From Lama guanicoe (taxonomy: Eukaryota): DNA of 64,000 nucleotides. The position numbers and the translations under genes were made by a program. Under the pieces are notes generated by a model, which was not told the origin of the DNA, ran no database searches, and saw only the letters and a program-made list of their open reading frames with translations. The stretch spans positions 7,846,358 to 7,910,357 of the forward strand of contig MU054187.1 of assembly GCA_013239625.1 (NCBI GenBank). Direction: 5' to 3'. Below, in pieces: positions 62,300 through 64,000 of this stretch (its first letter is position 1; every line of letters begins with the position of its first letter).

Positions 62300-63660
62300 G
62301 GCTATGTGGGTTTAGACATTAATTTTGCGTGTACATTTTAAAATGTATCCATTTTAAGACATCCTAAGATACTACAAGTCTTATGATGAAAAACAGCATC
62401 TTCCCTGCACTTGGTCCCCCTCTCACACAACAGAGGCAATTACTTCTCCCACTCTTTTAGCTGTGCCTTCTGATAGTTCCCTCCATAATTCTAAACAATA
62501 TAACAGTAATTATAAATCATGTAGCTAGCTATAATAGTATAACTTTATTTGTAAATAATGTAATTTCTAACTTTGTTTCTTGGTTGAGTGCATTTTGACC
62601 TCATCCCTGTTGGAACTCTCTGTCCTCTTGGTTACTTGAGAGTAGCCGCTTTGTTCGCACCACATTCAATCCAGGACTTCCCTTCTGTTCTCTCCTGTGT
62701 GGGATGTTTTCTTTCCGGGACCTGATGTCCCCCTTTTTCCTTGGTTGGCTCTGTCATGTTTTAGCTCATGCTATAATAGCTTCCGGAGAGTTTGCAGGAA
62801 AGATTTTCAAGGACATGTATCTAAAATGTCTAATTGTTCTCTGATCACATTTAGTAGTTTGGTTGGGTCCATAATAATGTAAAATGCAAATTTCCTTTAG
62901 AGTTATGAAGGCATGACTTCACTCTCTCCTAATTTCCAGTTCTTGCAATTAAGAAATGCTACCCCATGTCCTTCCCTCCTTCTTCCTACGACTTATCTCC
63001 CAACTCCTCTAGCTTAAAGGGTTTTATTTGTTTAATTTCAATTATATGGAAAGTTTATGGTGCTGTGCCTTCGGCTGTGTGTGGGTGTATGCCTTTCATT
63101 TATGTTTTGAACATTTGGCAGTCTCTTTCAATGTAAAGTCATGTTCTAGGGTTCTGAGAACTTTTCTTGCGTTATTTCTTTGATATTTTTACATTTGCTT
63201 TGTTCTCTCTTCCAGTAATGTACATGATGCGTACCTGGAGCGATGCTTTAATTACCTCCTTCGTTTAGGCGTACTTCCTGGCAAATTTCTTTAACTATAT
63301 CTAACAGTCTTTCCACTGGTTGTTCTTTATTTCATGTAGCATATCTCCAAAAGCTCTTCCTTGCTTTCTGAGTGTTCTTTAATCTTTTTCAGCCTCTCAT
63401 GGTTTTCTGGATATATCTTTACTTTTCTCCTTGAGAATTTTAACAATACATTTTGAGATTTTTTTTTTCTTCTTCCAGGATCATCTCTATTTCCTTTGAG
63501 TTCTTTGCTGATTTGTTAGACTCTTTGTCTTTCTGTTGGAGACGTTCCTCAAGTTACTGGGGATTGTTGGATATGCATTCATATTTAATAGAAAGACACT
63601 GAAATGTGTGTGTATGCGTCTGGCTATCTCAGATGATTGGTTTCACTATTAAATGGGTAA
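62300..63660 (-). mobile_element. HAL1 (half-L1) element
   Basis: cagaggcaattactt...actcttttagctgt, tagcttccggagag, catgtatctaaaatgtct, tagtttggttgggt, tgaaggcatgacttcact match HAL1 antisense; probably continues to the window end. Confidence 0.7.
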
Positions 63661-63669
63661 GGAGTAAGT

Positions 63670-63873
63670 CATTGGCATGCTGATAACTGTTTAATAGGTG
63701 GCTCTCAAGGTAGGGGAAATGCAGAGATGTAGTGTGTGCTAATTTCCATGGTATGATATTCCTACCATGGCTGATTTCCAGTTATCCACTTGACTTCAAG
63801 TGGCTGTAAAGTTCCTGCAAATGTAACAACTGGCCCTCACAAAGCAGTAATAGCTGGCACTATTAGACCAGTC
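63670..63873 (-). mobile_element. hAT-Blackjack MITE MER63A
   Basis: ctaatttccatggtatgatattcctaccatggctgatttccagttatcca and degenerate TIRs cattggcatgctg / agaccagtc. Confidence 0.75.
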
Positions 63874-64000
63874 ATTTTATTGGTAGATCTCCTCTCAGTA
63901 TCAATTTCTGCTGGTCCTGTTTTCAGTTTTTCCAGACAAAATATTCCACAATCTGCATGACTGCTGGTGTTCATAAAATCTGAGAGAAATGATGTTTCAT

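Noticed and set aside
1..64000. Naming the host or neighbouring gene
   Set aside because: No exon translates to a protein I recognise; the locus cannot be named without alignment

Overview
This is a mammalian (eutherian) non-coding window, most likely from a camelid (alpaca, llama or camel). The lineage call rests on two tRNA-Ala-derived SINEs of the camelid vic-1 type and a cetartiodactyl-type L1 3' end; I saw no Alu, B1/B2, Bov-A/BovB or PRE-1 elements. I recognise no protein-coding gene, rRNA, true tRNA or CRISPR array. The listed ORFs that I can explain are L1 ORF2 or L2 remnants, LTR or low-complexity reading frames; the rest look like chance ORFs. A large part of the window is interspersed repeat: L2, MIR, old L1M/L1MC/L1ME, HAL1, MLT1/MLT2/LTR33 and ERV1-type LTRs, and Tigger5/MER47, MER45, MER63 and MER103 DNA transposons. 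Between the repeats lie repeat-poor blocks (about 4.2-5.0, 39.1-40.5, 46.4-48.6 and 50.5-51.1 kb) rich in PBX-HOX, TALE/MEIS, SOX and homeodomain motifs. These look like developmental enhancers in a gene desert or a large intron. The best leads are: (1) a minus-strand two-exon model at 38241-37320 with consensus splice sites, a strong-Kozak ATG and an 85-aa ORF ending in a hydrophobic segment plus a lysine tail; (2) two young L1 copies that share the ORF2 end but switch to unrelated 3' UTRs at the same point; (3) an old L2 shifted to a CpG-rich patch by A/T-to-G/C changes; (4) a Harbinger-TIR-like motif inside an enhancer-like block; (5) an ISRE inside an LTR. Repeat family names are from memory of consensus sequences and boundaries are approximate. 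No database search was run, and I cannot claim a demonstrated new biological system.
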